A DNA stretch of 63,935 bases, counting the filler, from Welwitschia mirabilis (Eukaryota): NCBI GenBank assembly GCA_051453625.1. It is 5 parts of one record of this genome, joined end to end, with 100 filler letters (N's around TTAATTAATTAA, not from the genome) between each part and the next. Parts side by side here need not be neighbours in the genome. Positions count along the whole stretch, not along the records: positions 1 to 24,245 come from JBOZIK010000001.1; 4 more parts are not named here. One strand, written 5' to 3'. Position 1 is the first letter of the stretch. Every line of letters starts with the position of its first letter. The position numbers and the translations under genes were made by a program. Shown here piece after piece: positions 1 to 13,200 of this stretch. Under the pieces are notes generated by a model, which was not told the DNA's origin, searched no databases, and worked only from the letters and a program-made list of their open reading frames with translations.

Positions 1-21
1 AATTACGAACAGTGATAGAGG

Positions 22-435
22 TGTTGGGTCTAGTCTAGTACAATCATACCAAAAGCCATGACTTAGGTGGAAACTAGAACCCTTCATATTTACCCACTCT
101 TAAGGTTGGGTATGGAGAGTGTATATCCGACAATCTCCCTCTTGATCCATATGCTACGTGCTCACATGAACCAGGAAGGCGGTGAGGAGATTCCAATCTG
201 AAATCAAGCCCATACCATGGCTCTGATACCATGTTGGGCCCATTACCATATCACCAAAAGCCATAACTTAGGTGGAAACTAGAACCCTTTATATTTGCTC
301 ACTCACTGGGTCGGGCATGGGGAGTGCATAGTAACAACCTCCTCTTCGATCCCCATGTGGATCGCTCACATGAACTAGGAGCTTACCAAGGAGACTTGAA
401 CCTGAAACCAAGCCAAAACCATGGCTGTTATACCA
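22..435 (-). mobile_element. Tandem TRIM (two short LTRs, two non-coding internal domains)
   Basis: LTRs 22-132 and 232-336 (TG...CA, sharing ccaaaagccat(g/a)acttaggtggaaactagaaccctt). PPT complements at 133-143 and 337-347. tRNA-iMet PBS complement gctctgatacca at 220-231 and a degenerate copy at 424-435. Confidence 0.8.
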
Positions 436-437
436 GT

Positions 438-2827
438 TATTATGAAAAACCCACATAACAAACAAAAATAGCAAGCAAAAGAACAACACATAAGATTTAA
501 CATGGAAAACCATAATGCAAGGAAAAACTATGCAGGCAGAGCTCTTAATTAGTACCCCTAAGTAACCTTTAAATAGGTTTAGGGTTTCAAGCTATGTGAA
601 TCTAGAAAGTTCTAGAAAGGCTTTCCTCTTTTTTTTAAAAATAATTTTTTTTAAAAGAATATAAGTACCTCAAGCAGTTCAAACATAACTTCCTTTTAGA
701 ACATTACACAAAGGGGGTAAACGTTAAAGCATAACATTACAATTAAAAAGATAGATTGGGCTTCACATTTTCCAACATTCTCCCACTTGAAGACAAATTT
801 GATGAGTCTTCAAGAACAACTCCTCATGTAGCTCCAAGAGATGTTTACTTCCTTGCTTTCAGATTGCATCCCTAATCCAACTTGATCACAACATGTCTTT
901 TGCTTTGCGCCATCAACAACATTGGCCAGGAAATCAACAAGATTTGCATGCGTGTGAATCTTCCAAACATCTAATAGGCCTTTTTCAATTATCTGCTTGA
1001 TGCAACGATACTTAACATTAATGTGCTTAGTTTTGGCATGATAAACAAGATCCTTTGTCAAATCTATGGGACTTTGACTGTCAGAATGCATGACGAATGT
1101 GGTTTGAGCAAGGGTAAACTAGTTAGCAAGACCACGCAACCACAACANNNNNNNNNNNNNNNNNNNNNNNNNNNNNNNNNNNNNNNNNNNNNNNNNNNNN
1201 NNNNNNNNNNNNNNNNNNNNNNNNNNNNNNNNNNNNNNNNNNNNNNNNNNNNNNNNNNNNNNNNNNNNNNNNNNNNNNNNNNNNNNNNNNNNNNNNNNNN
1301 NNNNNNNNNNNNNNNNNNNNNNNNNNNNNNNNNNNNNNNNNNNNNNNNNNNNNNNNNNNNNNNNNNNNNNNNNNNNNNNNNNNNNNNNNNNNNNNNNNNN
1401 NNNNNNNNNNNNNNNNNNNNNNNNNNNNNNNNNNNNNNNNNNNNNNNNNNNNNNNNNNNNNNNNNNNNNNNNNNNNNNNNNNNNNNNNNNNNNNNNNNNN
1501 NNNNNNNNNNNNNNNNNNNNNNNNNNNNNNNNNNNNNNNNNNNNNNNNNNNNNNNNNNNNNNNNNNNNNNNNNNNNNNNNNNNNNNNNNNNNNNNNNNNN
1601 NNNNNNNNNNNNNNNNNNNNNNNNNNNNNNNNNNNNNNNNNNNNNNNNNNNNNNNNNNNNNNNNNNNNNNNNNNNNNNNNNNNNNNNNNNNNNNNNNNNN
1701 NNNNNNNNNNNNNNNNNNNNNNNNNNNNNNNNNNNNNNNNNNNNNNNNNNNNNNNNNNNNNNNNGCTTAGTTTTGGCATGATAAAGAAGTCCTTTGTCAG
1801 ATCTGTGGGACTTTGACTGTCAGAATGCATGACGAATGTGGTTTGAGCAAGGCTAAACTAGTTAGCAAGACCACGCAACCACAACATCTCCTTAGCAACT
1901 TTTTTCAAGGCAACATATTCCGCTTTTATATTGGAAATTGCAAAATTTGATTGTAGATAGGACATCTAGCTAATAGCTCCATCACCAAGAGTAAAGACTT
2001 ATCTAGTAGTAGATGTCTTTGTACTTTGCAACATGCAAATCAGCATTTACATACCCTGTAAGATGCAAATCAGCATTGCCAAAACACAAACTCATATGTT
2101 GGGTTCTGTTAAAGTAACGAAGTATCCATTTTATCTCTTCCCAATGCTCTTTTTTAGGATTATTCATAAAATGAGAAACAACTCCCATTGCATGAGCAAC
2201 ATATGGTCTAGTAAAGATGATAGCATACATTAGACTTCCAACAATTAATGTGTAAGGCACACTTGTCATTTTTGCCTTCCTCTTCTCTAAAGTAGGACGA
2301 CCTTAATGAGTCAATTGGAAATGTGTAGCTAGAGGAGTACAAATAAGTTTACAATATAGCATGTTAAGACGTTTCAAAACTTTGTCAATATATTCAGATT
2401 GGCTTAACCACAAGCTGTGACAATCTATCTATGACAATTCTCATTCCCAAGATTTGTTTTTCTGGTCCAAGATCTTTAGTGGAAAAGCCTTGGAGATTTG
2501 GTGCTTTAATGTTTTGATTTCTTTCATGTCATTTCTAGTAACTAACATATCATCAATACACAACATAAGAATGAGAATCACACCTGAAGCACTCATGTAA
2601 AGCCACACACAATGACCATAATTACAATTGGAGTATCCCTGTTTTTGCATAAAATCATCAAACTTCTTTTATTGAAGTGTTGCTTCTTTTAAGCCAAAAA
2701 GAGACTTTCTCAACCTGCAAACGAGATTTCTATTTTCCACTTCCAAAACCTCTATAATGCATACATAACTTTCCTCTTCTAGATTACCATGCAAAAAAGC
2801 TGTTTCAATGTCTAACTACTTAAACTC
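438..2827 (-). mobile_element. Ty1/Copia (Tork/Tnt1-like) 3' half: RT-RNaseH relic plus 3' LTR
   Basis: LTR 438-777 and PPT complement ttctcccact at 778-787. Motifs YHAKTKHINVKY, VGSLMYA..TRP and LMLCIDDML with stops and frameshifts. Same family as 35218-41066. Confidence 0.9.
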
Positions 2828-2871
2828 TGTTGACTATTCAGATTGTGTTCAATTGTAGATTAATTTACTTT
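2828..2871. repeat. Start of an unassembled LTR-like repeat (second copy at 32463-32506)
   Basis: tgttgactattc(a/c)gattgtgttcaattgtagat(t/c)aatttacttt occurs at both sites, starts with TG and runs into an N gap. Here it cuts the Copia RT. Confidence 0.6.
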
Positions 2872-3079
2872 NNNNNNNNNNNNNNNNNNNNNNNNNNNNN
2901 NNNNNNNNNNNNNNNNNNNNNNNNNNNNNNNNNNNNNNNNNNNNNNNNNNNNNNNNNNNNNNNNNNNNNNNACAACCTACACAATACAAAATAAATAACA
3001 CTAAGTACAAGAGTATAAGACTACATCATTGTTTTTGGAAGGAGAGAATGAGTTTAAATGAATTAAACAGGAACTATAT

Positions 3080-4000
3080 ACCTGGACAACCTTGATAGGT
3101 CCTACTTCTTCAATTACTTTTTTGAACTCTTCAAACAAACTCAGCATTTCTTATGTTATCTGATGCATGCCAATGAATGATCAACTGATCTATACATCCC
3201 AACACATTTATGTCATACGGTACCCACACTATTTTAGCACTGTGACTATGTGTGATGACATTCCATGTAGCACTTTGACATGGATTAACCATATGTGGTA
3301 CCTCACTAGCATGACTACTGCAAAATCCTCTGCTTAATATGTAACATTGTATACATGTAATTCAAAATGACATTTAACCATCTCTAACTTTTGTTTAGCT
3401 TCGAAGGACACATAGGAAAGAAGGAAACAAAGAAGAACTATTTTCATTACTTGTGTTGATACAAAAGGAATGTTACCATTCTGGAAAAGTTACAGAGCCA
3501 CAAAAATGCTCCACTTTTGGAAGTTCTGCTAGTCGTTCTTGAAGACCCCATACCATGCATCTTAAAAACATGAGTATTCTGCACCTCCTGCTTGCTTCTC
3601 TGATCTCTTTGCAGTTCCTGGGGTTCTNNNNNNNNNNNNNNNNNNNNNNNNNNNNNNNNNNNNNNNNNNNNNNNNNNNNNNNNNNNNNNNNNNNNNNNNN
3701 NNNNNNNNNNNNNNNNNNNNNNNNNNNATCTCTTTGCAGTTCCTGTGGTTCTGTAAAAGCTTCTTCATTTACTGTGTCTTCAGCAGCATCCCTTGTGGAC
3801 GTTACTCTTGCACTAATGGTGTCTCTGAGGGTGGCAATGCCATTGAATATTAAGTCTTTGGCTCAATCAGCTTTTTCTTTGCCTCCAGGTAGGCATCTGC
3901 ATTTCTGTCATCCTTTTCCAGAAGTCCTTGGCATAATGCACTTTGCAGACGAAGATGCTCCATTCTATCTTTGTGCTTAACTGCTTGTTGCATTCCTTTG
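3080..4000 (-). pseudogene. hAT (DUF659-type) transposase relic 1
   Basis: Minus strand reads MLSLFEEFKKVIEEVGPIKVVQ followed by a GT donor (3080-3150), the EEVGxxNVVQV motif. The extent beyond this is approximate. Confidence 0.6.
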
Positions 4001-6298
4001 TCTAGTGTTTCTTGTGTGGAATCCTTAATTCTTGAGCCTTCCGCCCAACTCGTTTTTTTTTTTTTTTTAAATATATACTCATGGACAGTTTCCTTTAGCT
4101 ATCTGACCTTTTTAAGAGACAGCATTACTACCTTCTCTAATCCTATCTGTTACATCTCTCCCTTTCTTATATTTTTCAGCTAAGTAATTTTTACATTCCA
4201 GCCCTTTCGTCATTACGGTATGTAATGCAAGTTTGATCTGATTTATAAATTATAATAACATCAGTAATCACATCTTGACCTTCCTTGACCTTCTTAACGA
4301 TGATGTCCTTGTGTGTCTGTGCTTGTTTCAAGCATTTCATCCCTTTTCTTTGTAGCAATGATTCTCTTCATGGGATTGGAACCAACATCTCGTACAATAA
4401 ATTGAGTGGCTTTTTCAATGTCTACATGTGGAACATGTGTCTAGGTGATGATATACATCCCTCCTTCGATACAATTCTTACTAGTTTCTGTATGTAAGAA
4501 TGTCACTAATACTCCAGTGAGCCATCTGGATTAGGCGCTTGGTGTTCATGTTGCAAAAGAAGCTGAATCTCAGTCGTCTGTGGCCCAACATACCTGTGAT
4601 GAATGCACTGAGGGAGTAGCTATTGATAACCTTTCTGTAACGCCATTGAGTCAGAGTCATGGTTTGCCTGGTATGAAAGGGATCTTTGGTAGACGTACTG
4701 CTTTCATCTTGTAAAAGGTGACATCCACTGTCAAAGGAGCAGAGCTTCAAACTTTTGTGACTGCCCTGGAAAGTGTCCTACCCTTTCATGTCCCTGTTTA
4801 TGATGTTCAGAAAACATTACCGCTTGCAAAAGCTATGACAAACCCCTGATTTATATGAGGTGACAATTGTTTTTGCAGAAATTAGACAAAGGAGTTGACA
4901 TCATTGTTCTTGTTAGAAATGAAGAGTTGTCTGACACTGACATTATATGTTGGTTGAGATTGTGCTTCATCTACTCTATAACCATCATAGCCATGTTTTA
5001 TGATCAACCTAGATCTGATACCATCTGTCATGTACATGGAACTAGCATAGTTGCACTAGAACAAATTAGAAACCTTTATTCTTTCTAGGCCCTGTTTATC
5101 TCTCTCACCTTTGACAAATCTATTAGCATTTCATCTGCCAGTTGAGTGTTGTGTCTCTTTATCTTATACCTTTTTCTAATACAATTTTACTTAACAAATA
5201 TATAATAATAAAAGTCATTAAATACATGTTCTAAGTGATAACTTAATCTTTTAAAAATCTTTTTAAAAAAAGTATTTTATTGATCAAGTTAATAATATTC
5301 TTATTCATGAAATTAATATTATCTTCATTTGTTGAAACTAGAAGGGACATTACAAGCAATACGTCTAGCTGTTATGTTTTCAGTTTTCAATGGAAACAGT
5401 AGTATTTTCTAACCCACTATTTTCTCTAGCATGGAAAACAGGACAAAAGTTTAACCATTTTTGGTTCTGATATATTTATATTTTCTATCAAAACAACTTG
5501 CATACGAAAATTTTCTCAAGGTCTCTAAAATTCAAAGGTTCCATTGTTAAAATGGGCAACAAAGAATTAGTTAAGATATGTTATTTGAAAGCAAACCATA
5601 ATTTTGGCTTACAGTTAAGTGCTTTACCTCTTCCAACCCTGTGCAAGGACTTGTAGTTGAGAAGTAATCTTTTTGTGGCTTGATAGAGGACCTGAAAGAT
5701 AATTTGAGCTAAGGATGTGATAGATAGAGTTAGGTGAGGGGAAGAAATGAATATTGTAGAAATGACTTAATTCTTCTATTTTAAAGAGAATGCTATTACT
5801 TCATTTGAATCAATGCCATGTTTTCAATTATACAGAAGTGGGCTATCATGCATGATAGTTGTGATAGATGATCTTGTTGTAATGTGTTTGATGGATTGTA
5901 GTAATGCATTTGATGTTTTGATATAATTCTTGGTTGGGAATGCTACATGACAAGCTAAGTTTTTCCCCTACTGTTAGGAAGCCAGGGTAACAAAAACCAT
6001 CAAGGATGCTTTACTGCTAAAGGTGCACTTTTCTTAGCTGCTGGTACGTCTTTAGATGAGGGGAACCTGTACTAAAGTTAGTGTGGGTCTGTAGGCCTTC
6101 TTTTGACAAATCTTTGTCCAGAGTGAGACAAATGTAGTGTCCCAATGTGTAAATGCATAGGGCATTCTACTATTGTATGCTACAGAATATTCCAACCACT
6201 AGATCACAAAGTAAAACAAACAAAAATAATATTTGTTTAAATTTATTTGTGTAGCTCTGTGAGGTCTAGTAAGAGAAGTTTTCTTTTCTTTCTTTGTT

Positions 6299-6317
6299 CC
6301 TCCTCCTCCTCCTCCTC

Positions 6318-6364
<47 letters not shown>

Positions 6365-6370
6365 GTCTGT
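6299..6370. repeat. Compound microsatellite (CCT)n(CT)n(GTCT)n
   Basis: Directly visible in the sequence. Confidence 0.95.
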
Positions 6371-7216
6371 GTAATTTCTTTAGGGCAATGCTGGTTAAAA
6401 CTATTTAACTAGTTTGATTTCTTACATTGATGCCATTTATGCATTGTTATTGTGCTTGCCATTAATGTTAATAATCATAGAATCGAACCTTGGAATTAAT
6501 GGGCATGGTTGACGTTACAACATTATGTCTCCATTAGAGCTAAATTGGGTTGACGAGATCCTTTTTCAGGTCCACCAGTCTATGATCAAGCTGGATTGAT
6601 GAGGATTGCAATTTGATAAAGCCAACTGGATCTAGAATTACACTGGTTATTGGGTCAATCAGATCCATACTGGGTAGACTAGATTGAGATGTGCAAATTT
6701 GCATACAGGGTCACATCACTCAAAATATTCATTGTAACTGGCAGAAACAAACGTTTTGTTAACTTAAGCTTTTCTAGATGTCATCAAATACATGTTGGCA
6801 GTAACTAGTTGTTCCTAGCTACTTGTTCCTAACTATTAGTTGACCTGTTCATACTGCTAATACTAATTGATTCAAGTTTAATATTGAATTCATAATCTGC
6901 AATCATTTGCAATGGACCTTCCCTTTGCAACTATTCTTTTGTATTCCTATCCTACCTTTGTCCAATCTATCTTTTCAGGGTTATATTGCACATGCACAAA
7001 GTGAATGAGTGTTTTAGACATATGTATCATTCATTCTTGATTTTTAAAAGTTGCCACTAAAACTGTGAGGTTGTAAAGCTTGAGGCTGGCCCTCTGAAAG
7101 TTTCTTGATGAAAAATTTAAGAGTGATGTCAAAAACTTCAAATTGGCATGAAGATTGATTTGTTAACAAGATCTAGAGTCGAGCAGCTTGCTTGATTTTG
7201 AGAGAGGCATAGGATT

Positions 7217-10200
7217 TGTTGTACTGAAAGATTGCAGCAAAAAATAGAGAAACAATGAATAGAAAACAAAGCCAGCAGGCAAAACACACACAAATTTATG
7301 TGGTTTAGGTCCTTTTTCTTTCCTACTCAATAGAATAGTGCAAAGCTCTTGTTATCGATGGAAATATTAAGGATACGAGCTGTCCTTAATAGTGGGGCAT
7401 CGACACTCAAGATTAGCAAAAGTATCTTACACCATTTCTTCCAGCCAGCCATACACCCTCCTCTTTAACAATCATTAGAGTTAAAACCATAATAGGATAA
7501 CCAAGCATTGGGCCCTTTTAATAATGTCAATAATTCCTTCAAACCAGTAATGAAACATATGGGATCCACATACAAAGCAACCAATATATTAGAAATGGGA
7601 ACAAAGCAGACAACTAAAGATTTGTCTTCATTTTAATGATCCTCCCCTTGAAGCCAAATCTATCCGGCCTTTAAGGAAACAAGAGATCTACTGTTAGATG
7701 CCCATTGCTTATCTCATAGCTATTGCATGCTTCTTCTTGTAAAAGTTATGCTTTTCTTCTTCTGTTGTTTTCTTCATCAATCAGTCACATTCCTCTTGAT
7801 GTCCATTTTTTAAATGTTTATGAAGCTGTTGTCCTTCACCTCCGTGAAAAAATGGAACTTTATTTCTAAGTTTTGTGTCCTCCCATGATGTATATGGTTC
7901 TTGGCCAAGAAGCTGACACTTCGCAACTACAATACACAACATATTCATGCTGTTTCAGACTAAGAGAACTAAGAAAATCACACACCCACAATATCTTCTT
8001 GCAAGCTTCAGATAATGTAACACATTGTACTTCATTGGTGGACAAAGTTACCAAAAGCTGTAGTCTTGATACCAGCTGACTGCTCTAGCACCTAAGCAAA
8101 TATATAGCCTGTTGTAGTTCTGGTGTCATGATCCACTAGAAAATTATCATCCACACAACCATGGACATTTAAATTTCCTCCACCAAAGCATATACCTCCT
8201 AAGTGTGTGCCTTTAAAGTCTTTGAAAAGCCACTTTACAGCTAGCCAATGAATCTAGCGAAAATTACTAAGAAACCTACCAACAATGCTAACACTCTATT
8301 GCAATTATGAAGATGAGTACATACCAAGGCATCCTTCAATGTCCCAACAGCTGACATGTAAGGGATGTTTTCAGCCTCGCAGCCTCTTCTTTTGAACCTG
8401 CACAATCATCTTTAGATGACTGAAAATGTGATGCCCGAGGTTGCTTCACAAGTTTGGGATTTTGGATGCCAAAACTCTCTAAAACCTTTCTTGTATAATA
8501 AGCTTGAATTAGCCAAAACCTCTTTGTGCTTCCATTCCAGTGGATTCCATGTCAAGAATTTGCTTTGCTGCTTCTAAATCTTTCATGGCAAATTGCTTAC
8601 TTATTTCAGCCTTTTCAGTCTATTAATTTCAGCTGTGTCATTTCCAACAATAAGCATCACCATACAACAAAAGAGTGTGAAACTTGCCTTCAAGTTGCCC
8701 TTAAAAGGTATTCGCAGTTATCAAAATAGTTTCTACTATAGTGCTGGCTTCTTATGAATGTGTTTTACATCTTGCATCACCATCCGAGAGCCTGTTTTAG
8801 TCTATAGATGCTTTTATTGAACCTACGTACATAATTGGGGTATTTACCATTCACAATGTTGGAAGGGAAGCCAAATTTCCTGTTATGTTATTTTTTCCCT
8901 TTGTATTGTGGATGTTATGTTTAAAAAGGTTGTAGTTCCCTTTTTGTTAAATAATAATTTTAAAAAAGGGGGTTGTTGAGAAGGGGGAGTTAAATTTGGA
9001 GTCATCTATAAAGCTCTTGTTGTAATGTTAATGTAAAATTACGGTTTATACCCTAAAGGAAATCTTTAAATGCAAAATAGGGGCATGGTATATGCATTGA
9101 TCAAGAGAGAAGCGATATTGCCTATTGAGGATGGCTGGTGTCCTTACAATTTCATTTAAATAAGCGAGCTCCACACTGCTTCCATGGCTTTTATTCACAT
9201 TGAGGTTTTTCGCATTAAGTCTAGTGTCTTGTTGTTTGTCTTTTGCTTTTGCTCCACCACATTTTCTAACAACTGGTATCAGAGCATGTTCGAAGTGCTT
9301 TCTGTTTGAATTTAAATACCTGTATTAAGTTCTTTTCATAATGGAGAAGTTGCATACAATGGACACTCTAGCCAAAAGGATTGTCTACAAGTCCTCTAGC
9401 CAAAGAAACCTCCTTCCATGAAAGATGAAGAATGGATGAGGACGAAGGTCAAAGCTCTATTCTGTAGCCATCCATGTCTTAGTAACAACATTTTGCAACC
9501 CATCAATACAATAGAGAGCCTTATGAGCTCTGGCAAAGTTTGAAAAATTGGTTCAATAAAGTTTCTAGTTTAAATACTTTTTACATTTATCAAAAGGTTT
9601 TCAAAAGGTTTTCGAAGTGAAGAAAAAGCCTAAGGTTCTTTTGCAAGATCATCTGGATGAGATGATAGGTAATCTAGTTAAAGTTAGAGAACTATAAAAT
9701 CGTTATTCTGGATTTGGTAAAATCTTATGCTCTATTAGATTCTCTACTAGATTCATAGTTTATTGTAGTTACTTTAATTACTAAGTCCATGAATATTACT
9801 TCTATCACTTTTGAACAGGTTGTTTTTGCTCTTCAAGATTTTGATGGCAGGTTGAATGAAACGTAGACATCTGAAGGTGCCTTGGGCTAAAAATCGAGGC
9901 AGGAACCAAAAATCTAACCAAAATAGGGAAGGATATAAGAGCAGAGTAGTATCTCGTTCTAGGAATTTGGAATGCTGGTTTTGCAAGAAAAAGAGCCACA
10001 AATAGAAGGATTGTTACACATGGAAATCAAAACAAAAAGAGAAGACAGAANNNNNNNNNNAAACGGGAAAATCAGAAGAGTCCTCTTCTTAGGTAAATCA
10101 AGCTGAAAAGTAGTTAGTTTCCTTGTATTTGTACCTCATGCCTTCCAAACAGAAGGACATGGCAAGGATGTGTGGCTGATTGACAGAGGTGCCTTGTTTT

Positions 10201-13200
10201 ATATTTGCCCTGATTGTTTTGTGTTTTCATCATATAATGCTATCTCATTTGGGGTTTATCTTGCAAATGGAAAACCTTTAAAGATTGCTGGTATAGGCAA
10301 TGTTGTCTTGTAGCAACTAGGAATGCCAAAAGTCTAACAATGTTCGTCATGTTCCAAAAGTGAAGAAGAAGCTTATTTTAGTATCTTAGCTTGATGATCT
10401 GAGTCTGGCTTTGTCCAAAGGAGGTTGACTTTGGAAAATTAGGAAGGGAATTTTGACTATATTACATGGGAAAAGGAAACTAGTTTTACACCTTTGAAAC
10501 AGTTGCACGTGGGATGACTACTACTGTTACATACATGAATGTTGCTATTGTCATTAGAGATTTAGAGGATGCTGATATTTAGCACAAACACCGTGGACAT
10601 ATTGGGGATTTTGGTTTAAAGGTGCTGTTGTCACAATCCCTAATTCTTACATTTCTACATACATCTACAAATTTCTATAAAGGTTGTTTGGTTGGTAAAT
10701 CTAAAAGAGTTAATCTTTGTAAGGATTTAGAAAACAAAAAGAAAAATAAATTAGAATTGGTATATTCTCATGTATGCGGTCCAATGAATCCTGCTTCTCT
10801 TGGTGGTTCTGTATATTTTGTGATTTTTATTGGTGATTGTACTTGAAAGGTCTAGGTATATTCTTTAAAATGAAAACATGAAGTTTGATGGTCTTCAAGT
10901 CTTTTGTTGCCAGGGTAGAGACTCAAACAAGTTTGAGGTTGAAATGCTTGGTTACAAAGAATGGAGGAGACTATGCCTCCAAAGCATTCGANNNNNNNNN
11001 NNNNNNNNNNNNNNNNNNNNNNNNNNNNNNNNNNNNNNNNNNNNNNNNNNNNNNNNNNNNNNNNNNNNNNNNNNNNNNNNNNNNNNNNNNNNNNNNNNNN
11101 NNNNNNNNNNNNNNNNNNNNNNNNNNNNNNNNNNNNNNNNNNNNNNNNNNNNNNNNNNNNNNNNNNNNNNNNNNNNNNNNNNNNNNNNNNNNNNNNNNNN
11201 NNNNNNNNNNNNNNNNNNNNNNNNNNNNNNNNNNNNNNNNNNNNNNNNNNNNNNNNNNNNNNNNNNNNNNNNNNNNNNNNNNNNNNNNNNNNNNNNNNNN
11301 NNNNNNNNNNNNNNNNNNNNNNNNNNNNNNNNNNNNNNNNNNNNNNNNNNNNNNNNNNNNNNNNNNNNNNNNNNNNNNNNNNNNNNNNNNNNNNNNNNNN
11401 NNNNNNNNNNNNNNNNNNNNNNNNNNNNNNNNNNNNNNNNNNNNNNNNNNNNNNNNNNNNNNNNNNNNNNNNNNNNNNNNNNNNNNNNNNNNNNNNNNNN
11501 NNNNNNNNNNNNNNNNNNNNNNNNNNNNNNNNNNNNNNNNNNNNNNNNNNNNNNNNNNNNNNNNNNNNNNNNNNNNNNNNNNNNNNNNNNNNNNNNAAGA
11601 GATGCAATAGAACATTGCTGGAACATGTTAGATCTGTTGGGGTATGTTTGAACAAGACTTTCTAGGTAGAAATAGTGACTGCTGCTTATTTGGGGAATAG
11701 GTCTTTTCATTCCTCCCATAACAATGGAGTTCCCGAAATATCATAGACTAATAAGGATGTCTTTTACTAGCATTCAAGACTTCTTGGATGTGAGGCTTAT
11801 ATGCATATTCAGAAAGAAAATAGGACTAAGTTGCAAGATAGAGCCAAACAATGCATTTTTGTTGCTATGGTGAGGATGTGCTTGGTTACATATTGCGAGA
11901 TCTTAAAGCCACTTGAATAGTAAGGTCGTGTGATGTTAAATTCAGAGACGATGTGATGTTTTATGGTTTTCAAGATGTGAATTGAGCAAATTCTCATTTT
12001 GATTTCTTACAATAGTCTTGTAGGCTAAGAGATGAAACAAATAATGAGAAGTAAGAGCTAGAATAGGTCCCTAAAACAAAAAATTGCTGATATAATGATA
12101 CATCTCTAGGTGAAGAGTAGGATGAAGAACCTGAAACACCCATGGACACATCTCATTGAGTTATGCGTTCTCCCAAAACTTCTTATCCATCGACAGGTAT
12201 TCTCCTTCATAAAACTATGTTTTTTATAGTGCTTGTGGAGAACTAGAAACAATGGAAGAAGCAATTTTTAGTGCTGATGCTGTCAGTTGGAAGGCAGCAA
12301 TGGAGGATGAATGGAAATCTTTGAAAGATTACATGAAAACTGGTGAATTTGACAAAGGGACGTAAAGCTCTTCATAGTAAATGCATTTTCATATTGAAAG
12401 ATGTTGCAAATGGAAAGAAACACTACAAGGCTAGGGTGGTGGTGAAAGATTATGCACACAATCTAGGCATTGACTTTATCGAGATCTTTTGCCATGTTGT
12501 GAAGCTTTCCTCTATATTCATAGTTTCTTCTATTGTTGCTTGCTTGGATTTGGACCTGGAATAGCTAGATATAAATATAGTCTTCTTACATGGGGATTGA
12601 GGAAATTTACTTATGCCAACCTCATGGGTATGTGGATAAGCATCATCCTAGTCTAATTTGTCATTTAAAAAAGAGTCTTGATGGTTTGAAACAGGCCCCA
12701 AGACAATGGTACGAGATGCTTGATATGTCCATGAAGAAACAAATAAAGTTGATCATTGTGTATACTTCTCAGGAAGTGTCTCAAAATTTGTTATCTTGTT
12801 GTTGTATGTTCATGACATGGTGATTGCAGGAAATGAAGAAGCTAAAATCAAGCATTTGAAGGCTGAAATGAACAAGCAATTTGCTATGAAATATTTGGGG
12901 CAAGCAAAGAAAATGTTAGGGATATAAATCTATAGGGCCCAAAAGTAGAAGAAGGTGTGTCTTAGCCAAAGTGATTACATTGGCCAGGTTCTTGAATGTT
13001 TTGGCATGAAAGATGGCAAATGAGTTAGCACTCTTTTGGCTCCTCATTTCAAGCTGTCTAGAATAGACTACCCCTTTTCTCAAGAAGAAACTACAAAAGG
13101 GGAGCATATTCCTTATATATTTAGTGTAGGATCTCTCATGTATGCCATAGAATATACTTGTCCTAACATTGCTTGTGTAGTAGGAGTGGTTAGTAGATAC

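Noticed and set aside
4500..4860. Higher-GC, coding-looking + strand stretch (GVHVAKEAESQ...)
   Set aside because: It has in-frame stops, no family I recognise and no match to the expected upstream TWD40-2 exon.
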